Shown here in pieces: positions 28,761-37,987 of a DNA stretch of 64,000 nucleotides. Position numbers and translations under genes: made by a program. The notes beneath the pieces are model-generated. The model saw nothing but the letters and a program-made list of their open reading frames with translations. It was not told where the DNA came from and ran no database searches. Positions within the stretch are counted from its first letter, which is position 1; the number at the start of each line of letters is the position of its first letter. The DNA comes from an uncultured Alphaproteobacteria bacterium (GTDB lineage: Bacteria; Pseudomonadota; Alphaproteobacteria; RF32; CAG-239): contig CALXRQ010000002.1 in the NCBI GenBank assembly GCA_944390895.1, positions 12,016 to 76,015 of the forward strand, given 5' to 3'.

Positions 28761-29375
28761 TTAGTTATAAACCCAGGTAATCGAGTTGGTGTTATCCGAA
28801 CCGCAGGCATTGGACTTACGAACGTCAGAAATAGACAACGGCAGAGCCTTAGGCCCGTTCAAACTGCCGCCACCTGCAAATGAAACTGCAGCGGACGGCG
28901 TACCTGTAATTTTACTGATTTTGGTAGAGGCAACGCCGATACCAATTAAGCCGTCAGTACCCCAATCAGAGGTAGCCAAGCTGACGCAGACATCTTTACC
29001 GAGACCGGAGAATACAATCTGGAATGCACCGTTAGGAGTACCATCCGCTCCGTTAATTGCTTCAACAATCGTATCGCCGCCAAATGCGTTAATCAACGAA
29101 GTACTTCCGGCAACGACCATTTCCTGAGATACCAGCTTGTAATCAATAGCATTTTTTGTTGTTAAACCCGGATAACCAGGGGAGGTCGCAAATGCGGTTC
29201 TGATGTTCATAATCATCATGGACAACTGGTCTTGCGCCTTGGTCAGTTTGAATTTAGCCATCGCTTTTGAATAACCCGAGATACCGCCGACCGACAATAC
29301 GCCGATAATCGCGAGCACGCCGAGCATTTCCACCATGGAACGTCCGCTCTGCTCATTTTTGAATAAACTTTTCAT
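28761..29375 (-). CDS. type IV pilin (class III signal peptide), paralogue 2
   Basis: MKSLFKNEQSG|RSMVEMLGVLAIIGVLSVGGISGY. It shares the CVSLATSDWGTDGLIGI block with paralogue 1. An AGGAGA RBS precedes the ATG at 29375. Confidence 0.8.
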   Translation of the reverse strand: MKSLFKNEQSGRSMVEMLGVLAIIGVLSVGGISGYSKAMAKFKLTKAQDQLSMMIMNIRTAFATSPGYPGLTTKNAIDYKLVSQEMVVAGSTSLINAFGGDTIVEAINGADGTPNGAFQIVFSGLGKDVCVSLATSDWGTDGLIGIGVASTKISKITGTPSAAVSFAGGGSLNGPKALPLSISDVRKSNACGSDNTNSITWVYN

Positions 29376-29510
29376 CTCTTTTCTCCTAAAACACACTTCA
29401 AAGTTTTTTCTTCTCACATCTTAACTATAACTTATTAATAAAAGATAAATAAGCCTATCTTTAGTCATAATTACGCTTTGAAACATATAACTTTATTCTG
29501 TAAAGCGAAA

Positions 29511-30098
29511 TTAAAGTAATATGTTCCAAATGAGAGAGTTCTGTTGTTTGCAGAATTCTTCCGCCGCTTTTCTTGTTATCGGAAGCGGATGTTCTCCGCC
29601 CCAGACAAACATTGTTTCCGTTGCATTGGCAATGGTTTCCGAGGTTAGGCTTAATGCCGTTTTCTCGTCGGGAGCCAATGCCGCAAGTTCAACGCATTCT
29701 TCATAAGTCAGGTCCCTGAAGGCAATGACAAAGTTTCTGCCGCCGGGCATAACCGTCATACCGTCGGCGTCTGCGCCGACAATGGTTTCTTTTCCCAGAG
29801 CATTAACCAGTTTGCCGTTTTGAACCATTTCCTGGGGAGCAATTGCATTTTTCAAAACAGATTGCGTATTTAGTCCCCAAGCATCGGGACGATTACGGTA
29901 AAATTTTCGTACATTATCTGTCAACAGGCTGATTTGTCTTGCTGCCGCAACCACTTTTGCGTCCGGCTCCGAACTTTTGAATCCAAACCAGACTGCCGCG
30001 GCAATTATGACAACGGCTCCGGCCGCGGCAATGCCGATTCTTTCCGGTGAATGAAAAATTTTTATTGCTTTATTAAAAATTATTTTTGCCTTTTCCAT
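29511..30098 (-). CDS. pilin-fold paralogue with an uncleavable-looking N-terminal membrane anchor
   Basis: The globular part aligns by eye with both pilins (Q.s.l..N.R..Y...P...LNT ... EMV ... NA.G ... F.I.F..L....CV.LA ... LPI....A.E.C). The N-terminus has no G-x4-E site. Confidence 0.6.
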   Translation of the reverse strand: MEKAKIIFNKAIKIFHSPERIGIAAAGAVVIIAAAVWFGFKSSEPDAKVVAAARQISLLTDNVRKFYRNRPDAWGLNTQSVLKNAIAPQEMVQNGKLVNALGKETIVGADADGMTVMPGGRNFVIAFRDLTYEECVELAALAPDEKTALSLTSETIANATETMFVWGGEHPLPITRKAAEEFCKQQNSLIWNILL

Positions 30099-31231
30099 CA
30101 GCCTTGTCCCATACTGCTGGTAATTTGGTCTTGCATTTCAAAGGTGCCCATAACGGCCCAGGCGATAACGCCGCCGACGCTCAAAATTGCCGCCATGTTC
30201 AGCAAGGACGCCTTTTGCTCAATCAGATAAACGGATTCTTCAAGCCATTGGTTGGCCAGCGATTCCAAAGCTTCTTCAAAGTTATCCAATTCGGAATAAA
30301 TTTTCAGGTCGGAGATAACTTCCTTATCGGGAAAATTAAGTCCGGTTTTTTTCAGGGCAATACCAAGGTTGTCACCGTTGTTGATGAAGACCAGCGTCTT
30401 GTCGATTCTTTCTTTCAGATACCGGGTTGCGTCACGCCGTAGGGCCCGCATTGCCGTTGATACCGGCGTACCGCCTTTAACCAGTGCGGACAAAGCCAGC
30501 AGCCAGCTGATGCCGACGAAAACTTTATAAAGCGAATAAGGCGGCATATTGTCAACAATGGCGCGGATCGGTCCGGTCCAAATACCGATTGTCAGGTAGA
30601 TAATCAGCATTGTTACCGGCAATGCTGAAAATGCAACCAGCCAATATTCCTGAATCCAGGCCGAAACGTCGACCAGATCCTTGGCCAAACCTCTCCAGCG
30701 GACGCCGGGAGCCGCATCCAGCATCGGCGGCACCATATATACGCCGATACCATAAATAATCAAAACCGCCATCAAAAACAAAAAGGTCGGGTAAGCGATT
30801 GCGCCGATAATCGGCCGGATCATTTTGGTTGAACCTTCGGTAACGCGGATAAGATTAAGCAGCGCGCCTTCCAGGTCGGAAACGTCGCCCACCGAGAGCA
30901 TCAGTCGTTCGCGGTCCGGCGCCCAGCCTTTCAGAGCGTCGGAAAACGTCAAACCGTTGTTGAGTGCCCGACCCCAGCAGGCAATGGCAATGGCCATCGG
31001 TTCACCCGGACTTTTGCCGCCGTCGCTGGCACTGTCGTGGAGCATGTCCAGAGCGCTCATCAGCGAGAAACGGTTTCTCATTAACGATGCGATTTTCCGA
31101 TACAATTTCAACCGTGCTTCATTGGAAAAATTACAAATAAGCTTGGCATAATATTCCTCAACCGTGTTGAGTTTGCGCATGGCTTTTTGCATTGAATTGG
31201 AAGCGCTTCTTTTTTCCTGCTCGCCTGCCAT
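30098..31231 (-). CDS. GspF/PilC-family inner-membrane platform protein (R64 PilR position)
   Basis: It has a duplicated T2SSF-type organisation with 3 TM segments. Its size and its position after the ATPase also fit. Confidence 0.8.
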   Translation of the reverse strand: MAGEQEKRSASNSMQKAMRKLNTVEEYYAKLICNFSNEARLKLYRKIASLMRNRFSLMSALDMLHDSASDGGKSPGEPMAIAIACWGRALNNGLTFSDALKGWAPDRERLMLSVGDVSDLEGALLNLIRVTEGSTKMIRPIIGAIAYPTFLFLMAVLIIYGIGVYMVPPMLDAAPGVRWRGLAKDLVDVSAWIQEYWLVAFSALPVTMLIIYLTIGIWTGPIRAIVDNMPPYSLYKVFVGISWLLALSALVKGGTPVSTAMRALRRDATRYLKERIDKTLVFINNGDNLGIALKKTGLNFPDKEVISDLKIYSELDNFEEALESLANQWLEESVYLIEQKASLLNMAAILSVGGVIAWAVMGTFEMQDQITSSMGQG

Positions 31232-31247
31232 AACCTTCTCCTAATTT

Positions 31248-32936
31248 CTAATAAACCGGGCGTTGGTCCATCAATCCGCACCAACGTTCCACTTCGTCAA
31301 GATCAATATAACCTTTCAGCATTCTTTCAATAGCCGCGTCTTTCATTGTTCTGCCGCCCAGATCACTGGTCCAGTAGTCAATGGCTTTGCGGGTTTCGCC
31401 TTTAATAATCAGTTCCAAAAACATAGCGTCCGGCAAAATAATCTCCGGCACGCTCATACGTCCTTTAATTCCGGATCCGCCGCAGAACTTGCATCCCGGA
31501 CCGCGAACATAGGTGTTTTCAATGCCAAAATCGCCCAACGCCACTTTCAGTCGCTGAACGGCAGGTTCGTCAAGCATCTCCTTGACCGATTTGCGACAGT
31601 GCGGGCAGAGCTTTCGGAACAGACGTTGTCCGATTAATCCCTTAACCAGTTCGGGGTCGCCGAGCTTAAACGTCTCCACGCCCATATCGCGCAGACGGGG
31701 AATAATTGCCGGCGCCGAGTTGGCGTGCAGCGTGGTCCACATACCGTGCCCGGACAAAGCGCCCTTAAAAGTCAGCTGCGCTGCCGAGAGTGACCGGATT
31801 TCGCCGACCATCATGACGTCGGGGTCGGAACGCAACGCTGCCGACAACGCTTTGGTGAATTGTTCGTCTTTTTCTTCTTCGGTATTAGCGTTTGTCACCG
31901 GCATCTGTCTGGCGCCGGGAATAGGATATTCCGGCGGATCTTCCACCGTAATCAGATTGATTTCGTAGTTCTTTTCCTGCAACAGTTTAATCATGTTTCT
32001 TTGCAGGGTGGTTGACTTTCCGGAACCGGTCGGACCGGAAACGATGCTGACGCCGGTCGGAACAGCCCTCAGTCGGTAAAACAGTTTTTCCTCATATTCT
32101 CCCAGTCCCAACGATGCCAAATCACCGCTGCCGTTAGGGTTGTCATCGGCATACAGCAGACGCATAACCAGATATTGCGAACCGAATGCAATCGGATTAA
32201 ATTGCAGGCGGATGGCCAAAACGTTGTGCGGCAGCATCAGCTTGCCTTTAGACCCGCGCAGAGGGGTCGACCCCAGCTTTTGTGCGCCCTGAAACTCGTT
32301 CTGCGCATAGTTGGAGTCCGAAATGTCCGCCGACGCAAAAGCCGCGCGAACAAAAGATTCGCCCCAGTCTTTGTTGTATTCCATTTCAATGGACATCATA
32401 CCGTTAACGCGAAACATAATCTGCGTGCTGTCAGCCACCACGACGTGAATATCGGACACCTTTTTTTCCGCGGCCCGGGCAATAACGTTTACGAAGTCTT
32501 TCTGCATTTGCAATGCGTCAAGATCTTCGTCGGCATCGGCGTCGGCAACGTTTCTTTCGGCATAGTTGTAAATGGCGTTAAGCTCGTTTTGAGACAAATA
32601 GACCGGCTTTAAAATATTAATCCGTTTCCTGCGCGCCAAGACCTCAAAACTTAAAACGCGGCCGTCAAATTTATGGGATTCGGCCACCAAAAAACTGCCG
32701 TCGGAAAACAAAGCCAGCAGTCGCCGGGTATCGTCGTTAATGCTGAGAGCGCCGCCAGGAACGGTAAGCAATTTTCGTCCGTTGGCAAAATAGAGTTCCA
32801 GCTTGCCTAAAGACTGGGTAATCGGAGCCGCGACGGGACCGGTTGAACCCGCTGCGCTGGGGGCTCCGTCGGCCGGTTTTTCCTGGTTGTCCTTGACTTC
32901 TTTCTCTTCCGGTTCATTTTCCATTTCGTCTGCCAT
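31248..32936 (-). CDS. GspE/PilB-family assembly ATPase (R64 PilQ position)
   Basis: It has Walker A SGPTGSGKST, the Asp box ITVEDPPEYP, Walker B/His box VMMVGEIRS...SGHGMWTTLHANS and the tetracysteine motif CPHC...CKFCGGSG. Confidence 0.9.
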   Translation of the reverse strand: MADEMENEPEEKEVKDNQEKPADGAPSAAGSTGPVAAPITQSLGKLELYFANGRKLLTVPGGALSINDDTRRLLALFSDGSFLVAESHKFDGRVLSFEVLARRKRINILKPVYLSQNELNAIYNYAERNVADADADEDLDALQMQKDFVNVIARAAEKKVSDIHVVVADSTQIMFRVNGMMSIEMEYNKDWGESFVRAAFASADISDSNYAQNEFQGAQKLGSTPLRGSKGKLMLPHNVLAIRLQFNPIAFGSQYLVMRLLYADDNPNGSGDLASLGLGEYEEKLFYRLRAVPTGVSIVSGPTGSGKSTTLQRNMIKLLQEKNYEINLITVEDPPEYPIPGARQMPVTNANTEEEKDEQFTKALSAALRSDPDVMMVGEIRSLSAAQLTFKGALSGHGMWTTLHANSAPAIIPRLRDMGVETFKLGDPELVKGLIGQRLFRKLCPHCRKSVKEMLDEPAVQRLKVALGDFGIENTYVRGPGCKFCGGSGIKGRMSVPEIILPDAMFLELIIKGETRKAIDYWTSDLGGRTMKDAAIERMLKGYIDLDEVERWCGLMDQRPVY

Positions 32937-32938
32937 GA

Positions 32939-34333
32939 CTATCTGACGGTCATTTCTCTAGCAATTCCGGGAATTCCTTGGTTTGAAACAATACCGCTCG
33001 GAGCAGGGGGTTGTTCGGGATCGGAAACTTTTACTTTCAGTTCCTCATTGGTCACCGGTTCCTGGTCAAGAATGCCGCCGGCCGAGAAGTAAAGATAATC
33101 TTTGGCTCCTTCTTTGTCTGCGCGGACATAAGTTGAAGATATTTCATCAATAACGTGTCCGCTTTGCAGAGCGGTGCCGACCTTGACAAAGAACGGTACG
33201 CCGCTTTCGTTAATCAGTTTTGCGCTCAAATTATTTCCTTTGCCACGAATTTCCATAACGGCATACAAATCGCTGAGCTTTACGGCCTCTTCTTCGGCAA
33301 CGGCAGTCTGCTCGGCGCTGTTTTCCGCAAACGGATTGGTTTTTTCACTGGCTTCCAAACGGGCGTTAAGAATAGATATCTGAGTTTGCAGATCGGATAT
33401 CGTCTTGGCATAATTATCCCGTACCCGGATTGCCTCGTTTGTTGCTTCGTCGGCCATTTTGGTCAGTTGAACAAACTTTCCCTTAAAATCATTAATAAGC
33501 TTCTGCCGTTCGCTTTTCAAGTCGGCGATCTCTTTATAATTTTCGGCATTGCGTTCTATCCATTTCTGGCTTTCTTCCAGCATTTTGTTTTTATATGCTT
33601 TCAGGAGTTTTTCCTGACGCTCTTTTTCATAAACGATTTCAAGATTCTTCAGTTTTTGCTGTTCCAAAAGAATTTTCCGCTCTTCTTCTTTTTCAAGGGC
33701 GATTTGTTTGAGCTTTTCGGCATTTTTGCGGGCTTCTTCTTCTTCTTTTGCTTTGTCCCGCATCGCTTTCAACGCTTCAATGTCGTTTTTGACTTTTTCT
33801 TTGCGCAGTTCCAGATTCAAAACCGCCGTTTCTTTTTCCAAATCCGACATCTTGGCAAAAACATCGTCGTCAATGTCCTCGATAATCTGACTGCCCAGCT
33901 GGCTGAAGACCGGAACCTGCTGTTTGGGTTCGGGAAGGACCGCGGGTTGAGACGCTTGCTCTGCTGCCGGAGCCGGGATGACCGGAATAGCCGGAGCTTG
34001 CGGCTTTTCCGCATTTTTGGGCTGTGCCGGCAAGTCTAAAACCGGCAGAGCGGGCGCCGGCGTTTCGGCGGGAACGGGTTTGGCCCCGTCTGCGGCGGCC
34101 TTTTCTTCGGGGATGACGTTGTCAGGCGCCTTGGGTGCTGCCGGCGGCGTTAAAATGTCGTCGCTTTCGTCGCCGAACAGGGAAATCTCGTCGGGAATTT
34201 CATCGGCAGCGGGTTTGGTGTCGGCTTTTTTTGCATCATCGGATAAAGGAACGACTGCCTGCGCCATGACATTTCCTGAACAGGTCATGCCGAGTATTAA
34301 CGCCAGTGCCGTTGTCGCAAATATTTTTTTCAT
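32939..34333 (-). CDS. secreted Pro/Ala-rich + long coiled-coil protein with PilP-like C-terminal beta-domain
   Basis: A signal peptide from MKKIFATT is followed by P/A-rich and K/E coiled-coil regions. The C-terminal LYAVMEIRGKGNNLSAKLINESGVPFFVKVGTALQSGHVIDEISSTYV resembles the PilP domain pattern. Its position matches pilP. Confidence 0.5.
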   Translation of the reverse strand: MKKIFATTALALILGMTCSGNVMAQAVVPLSDDAKKADTKPAADEIPDEISLFGDESDDILTPPAAPKAPDNVIPEEKAAADGAKPVPAETPAPALPVLDLPAQPKNAEKPQAPAIPVIPAPAAEQASQPAVLPEPKQQVPVFSQLGSQIIEDIDDDVFAKMSDLEKETAVLNLELRKEKVKNDIEALKAMRDKAKEEEEARKNAEKLKQIALEKEEERKILLEQQKLKNLEIVYEKERQEKLLKAYKNKMLEESQKWIERNAENYKEIADLKSERQKLINDFKGKFVQLTKMADEATNEAIRVRDNYAKTISDLQTQISILNARLEASEKTNPFAENSAEQTAVAEEEAVKLSDLYAVMEIRGKGNNLSAKLINESGVPFFVKVGTALQSGHVIDEISSTYVRADKEGAKDYLYFSAGGILDQEPVTNEELKVKVSDPEQPPAPSGIVSNQGIPGIAREMTVR

Positions 34334-34334
34334 A

Positions 34335-35615
34335 TTATAATGCATAAATAGCCCCCTCATAGGTCCAGATATTTGTACTGGGTGAATAATTTATAACTTT
34401 AATCTCAAGTCCTGAAAATTTTGTTAACAAACCGCTCCAAACTTCCGGGTTGTACGTTGACGAAAATCTGAAACCGATAAAACGGTATATATTCTTTTCC
34501 GGCGACGTATAAGAACCGTCACTCAGCGAAACGTTTTGATTGATGCCTTGGAAAAAGTCATTCAGTATTTCTCTTAATTCGGTCGGACTCTTCAGCGGCG
34601 GCGATGAAATCTGGACAATCTTGCCAAGCGATACGCCGGCGGCAATGCTGTCACCCGTATCGGAAAACGTCCGGTAGGAAAACTGGATTCCCGACACGTC
34701 CAAAGCCTTTTTTACCCATGACAACCGCCCGATTTGTCGGCTCCAACTGGTTGAAACGCCAGCCGGAGTACAGTTCAGATTGCCGATCTGCCAGCCGGGC
34801 GGCATAATTTTGATCAATTGTTCTATTTTTGCCATACATTCGCTCATAATCCGGGACGGATCGTTCAGCCGCTCCCATGGTTTGACCTCCGGGGCTTTTT
34901 CTACGACGGGCTTGATTATCTTAGGCTGCACCGGAACAATCACCGGACGCTTTTTGGGCGTAAAGAACAACGCGTTAATGATGTTAGACAGAAGCCAGAA
35001 AACAACTACGGCCGAAATGCCGATAACCATCAGCAGTTTGGCCCCGCGCAGACCTTTAATCTTTTGCAGTTTGGAGTGCAGTCCGCGCTGCATCAGCTTT
35101 TCCAGCTCAATGTCCTCGGTTTCTTCAATACCCCAGGCCGCCGGCGCAATCTTTCGACCCCAATCGGGTACGGCCAGCATTGAGATAAATTGGTTTTTGG
35201 CGTCTTCTTCGTTCAAAAACAACATATCGCCGTCAGAAAGGATAATATCGTTTCTGACGCAGGTATACCACCACCCTTTGTCAGTTTGAAAAACTGCCAC
35301 AAAAGACGAACGGTCGGACAAAGCGGTAGCCAATGCGACCGCGGCGACGTTTTCGCCGCTTTTATAGCCTTCGTGAGAAACGCAGATACCAAACTGCGGC
35401 GCTTTGCCCGGCTTGATACAAAACAGGTCGGCGCCTTCCAGAATGCCCTCGGATGCTTCTCCGACTTCCGTAAACGGATCGTCCTGATTTTGCAGAGGCT
35501 GCCAAAACAGGCTGGTGGCATAGCTTGTGCCGTCAACCGTTATTTTGGTTCCCCAGGTGCGTTTTCCTTCCGCGTCAGAATTTATATCCGTCAAATTAGC
35601 ATCTTCAAGCGCCAT
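34335..35615 (-). CDS. bitopic membrane protein in the PilO (R64) / PilO2 (PAPI-1) position
   Basis: It is 426 aa with a single central TM (LLMVIGISAVVVFWLLSNIINALFF). The assignment is by gene order and size only. Confidence 0.45.
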   Translation of the reverse strand: MALEDANLTDINSDAEGKRTWGTKITVDGTSYATSLFWQPLQNQDDPFTEVGEASEGILEGADLFCIKPGKAPQFGICVSHEGYKSGENVAAVALATALSDRSSFVAVFQTDKGWWYTCVRNDIILSDGDMLFLNEEDAKNQFISMLAVPDWGRKIAPAAWGIEETEDIELEKLMQRGLHSKLQKIKGLRGAKLLMVIGISAVVVFWLLSNIINALFFTPKKRPVIVPVQPKIIKPVVEKAPEVKPWERLNDPSRIMSECMAKIEQLIKIMPPGWQIGNLNCTPAGVSTSWSRQIGRLSWVKKALDVSGIQFSYRTFSDTGDSIAAGVSLGKIVQISSPPLKSPTELREILNDFFQGINQNVSLSDGSYTSPEKNIYRFIGFRFSSTYNPEVWSGLLTKFSGLEIKVINYSPSTNIWTYEGAIYAL

Positions 35616-35635
35616 TGCTTTTTCCTAAATCAAAT

Positions 35636-37258
35636 TTAGTATGTTTTCATTCTGGATTCCGGTGTCAGCGGAGATTCCAAAACCACCGGCGTCAAAATGA
35701 TAACCAGCATGCTTCTGGTTTTTTCCGCGCTGGCCGTTCCGCCGAGCAGAGAGTTTTCTGCCGAACCGACACCGGTTTTGTCGGCTTTGCTTTCAACGCG
35801 TTCATAACCGCTCAAAATCAGGGATTCACCGGATTTCAGCGCCACTTCCTGCGTAAAGCCGCGGGTTTCGATAATCGGGTTCTGAATGTATTGTCCGGAA
35901 TCCGCTTCGCCGCCTTCGCTGGTCGTCAGATAAACTTTTTCCAGTGAAATCAGGTCTGATAAGGTTAGGTTGAACATCATCATCAAACGTCCGTGTTCCA
36001 AAATCCTCGGCAGAACGTCAAGCGTGAAACCTGTTTCGATTTCTTCCGTCGTGGTTGAAATGTCATAGTCGCTGCTGCCGTCGCTGCTGCCGGAGTTTGT
36101 CTTTGTAATTTCGGAAATATAGTTCTGTTTTTTGGTAACCTGAATCGGCGCCGGTTTGTTGTTCAGCGTCGTAACCGTACCGCTGGTAACCAAAGACGTG
36201 TCGTTTTTGGTGGACAGCGCCTGAATAAAGCTGTCAACCTTCCAGTTTCCGGGAGCTATGCTCATCAGGAGGTTGTTGGTTGTCTCGCCGGTCGAACCGG
36301 ATGCGCCGGCAACGCCCAGACTGGTTACGCCGTCGTTAAATGCCGCGGCAATATCCAAACCGTACTTGTCTGAATCGGAAACCGTAACCTGCAGGACTTT
36401 TACGCTGATGGCAACCTGACGGGACAGTCTTGCATTTTGTTCGTTGATGAATTTTGCAATTCGTTTAACCTCAATCGGCGTTGCCAAAACCGAAATCGTT
36501 CCGTTGGCCGGATCCATTGTCAGCTTTGAATCGCCGCTGATCATGGATGTAATGGCTTTTTCAATGTTGTCCCATAAAGCAACGTCAATCTGGCTGGTAA
36601 GTGTAGTCGACGCGTTTCCGCTCTCGCCCGAGGAGCTTCCGCCCATGGAAACGCTGAGCGAGGGTTTTGTCGGCAGGCTGTAGAGGACGAAAGTCCTGTT
36701 TTCATATTTGTAGAAATAGATTTGTCCTTTTTCATATTTCCACCAGATGCCGAACCGGGTGGCAATTTCGTCAAGCAGTCCGCTTAAGGGACCTTTATAG
36801 GAAACCAGCATTTTGTCAGGCTCGGTCCAGTCCGCATTAATCGTTTCCGGATCAGGCTTGTTTTCCTTGGCCATGTCACGAATGTCTTTTTCAAGATGAG
36901 AAGCATAACGAACGCCCACGGACGTGATTTTGGTAATCATGTCGCCGATTTCAAACAATGTAATCGGTCTGTTGCTGATAAGCGTTACGCCGTCTTTGCC
37001 TTCCAGATAGCTGGGAAGCGGTTCTCCTTCGTATTCGACCTGAGACTTGTCTCCGAGCCAGATATCGTTCTTAACCCGTACGATATCGTCAGCAATCGGC
37101 TTTCCCGGAGCTTTTGATTCTTCTTTCAGTTTTGTCGCCGTTTCGATTTCGCGTTCAATTTCGGCGTCAAGATGTGTGGACATGGAGCATGAGGCGATGG
37201 CAGCCGCGGCAAAAAAGCCCAAAACCGCTTTGGTATAATTATTCATATGCATTTTCAT
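35636..37258 (-). CDS. secretin, lipoprotein type (R64 PilN-like)
   Basis: It has the lipobox AIASC. The C-terminal secretin domain pattern is ETRGFTQEVALKSGESLILSGY...SMLVIILTPVVL. Confidence 0.85.
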   Translation of the reverse strand: MKMHMNNYTKAVLGFFAAAAIASCSMSTHLDAEIEREIETATKLKEESKAPGKPIADDIVRVKNDIWLGDKSQVEYEGEPLPSYLEGKDGVTLISNRPITLFEIGDMITKITSVGVRYASHLEKDIRDMAKENKPDPETINADWTEPDKMLVSYKGPLSGLLDEIATRFGIWWKYEKGQIYFYKYENRTFVLYSLPTKPSLSVSMGGSSSGESGNASTTLTSQIDVALWDNIEKAITSMISGDSKLTMDPANGTISVLATPIEVKRIAKFINEQNARLSRQVAISVKVLQVTVSDSDKYGLDIAAAFNDGVTSLGVAGASGSTGETTNNLLMSIAPGNWKVDSFIQALSTKNDTSLVTSGTVTTLNNKPAPIQVTKKQNYISEITKTNSGSSDGSSDYDISTTTEEIETGFTLDVLPRILEHGRLMMMFNLTLSDLISLEKVYLTTSEGGEADSGQYIQNPIIETRGFTQEVALKSGESLILSGYERVESKADKTGVGSAENSLLGGTASAEKTRSMLVIILTPVVLESPLTPESRMKTY

Positions 37259-37901
37259 CCTCCAGTGTCTCTACAACCAAAACGCGGTTGCCTTTGTAAA
37301 AAGTTGCAATCGGAGCCGGCCGCGCCCGGGCAAAGGCCCGGATAAGCGCCGAGCTGACATCGGCAAAACGTCCCCGGAACATAGCGCCGGCAGTGAGCGT
37401 ATAATTGCGGTTGGAATTCCAGATCAGCCTCCAGCCCGCTTTGTCACTCCATTCGGTCAGTAAGGTTTTCAGGGTTTTGCCTTCTTCTGCGAGCCAGTCT
37501 TCTACCGGATCTTCAACCAGATTTTCATCGCCGTTCTGCGGCGTATTCTCTTCGCTGACGCTTATTTCCTCCTCATAATCGGCAACTTCCTCTTCAATTG
37601 TCGGCGGAATGGAAGAAGACACGTTGCTTCCCGCGCCGCCCTGAACAACCAGTTGGTCTCTGGGGGTTCTTTCGCCGTATTCTTTATAGTCGGCGGCCAC
37701 TTCGGTATAGTTGACAAAATCATTGTTTGCCGTCGGAATGTTGGAAGCTCCTGCTGCGTCGGCCGGCGTTGGGTTGGCCGCTTCCACGTTCGGAGCGTAA
37801 TAGTAAACTTCCTCTGTTCTGCCCCAGTCCTGGAAGCAGCTGCATCCTGCCAGAGCCAAAATGCCGGCAGTCTGTGCTAACAATCGTTGTTTTCTGTTCA
37901 T
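37239..37901 (-). CDS. TcpQ/PilL-family pilotin-like lipoprotein
   Basis: It has the lipobox LALAGC. The C-terminal LKTLLTEWSDKAGWRLIWNSNRNYTL...FYKGNRVLVV matches my recollection of the TcpQ domain. It overlaps the secretin start. Confidence 0.7.
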   Translation of the reverse strand: MNRKQRLLAQTAGILALAGCSCFQDWGRTEEVYYYAPNVEAANPTPADAAGASNIPTANNDFVNYTEVAADYKEYGERTPRDQLVVQGGAGSNVSSSIPPTIEEEVADYEEEISVSEENTPQNGDENLVEDPVEDWLAEEGKTLKTLLTEWSDKAGWRLIWNSNRNYTLTAGAMFRGRFADVSSALIRAFARARPAPIATFYKGNRVLVVETLEDENAYE

Positions 37902-37987
37902 TTTTGAGGTTCCTAAGCAAAATCTTGTCATATTTTTACCTATCATACATACTGAAAATTAAATAATCAAGCGCGAGCAACAACTTA

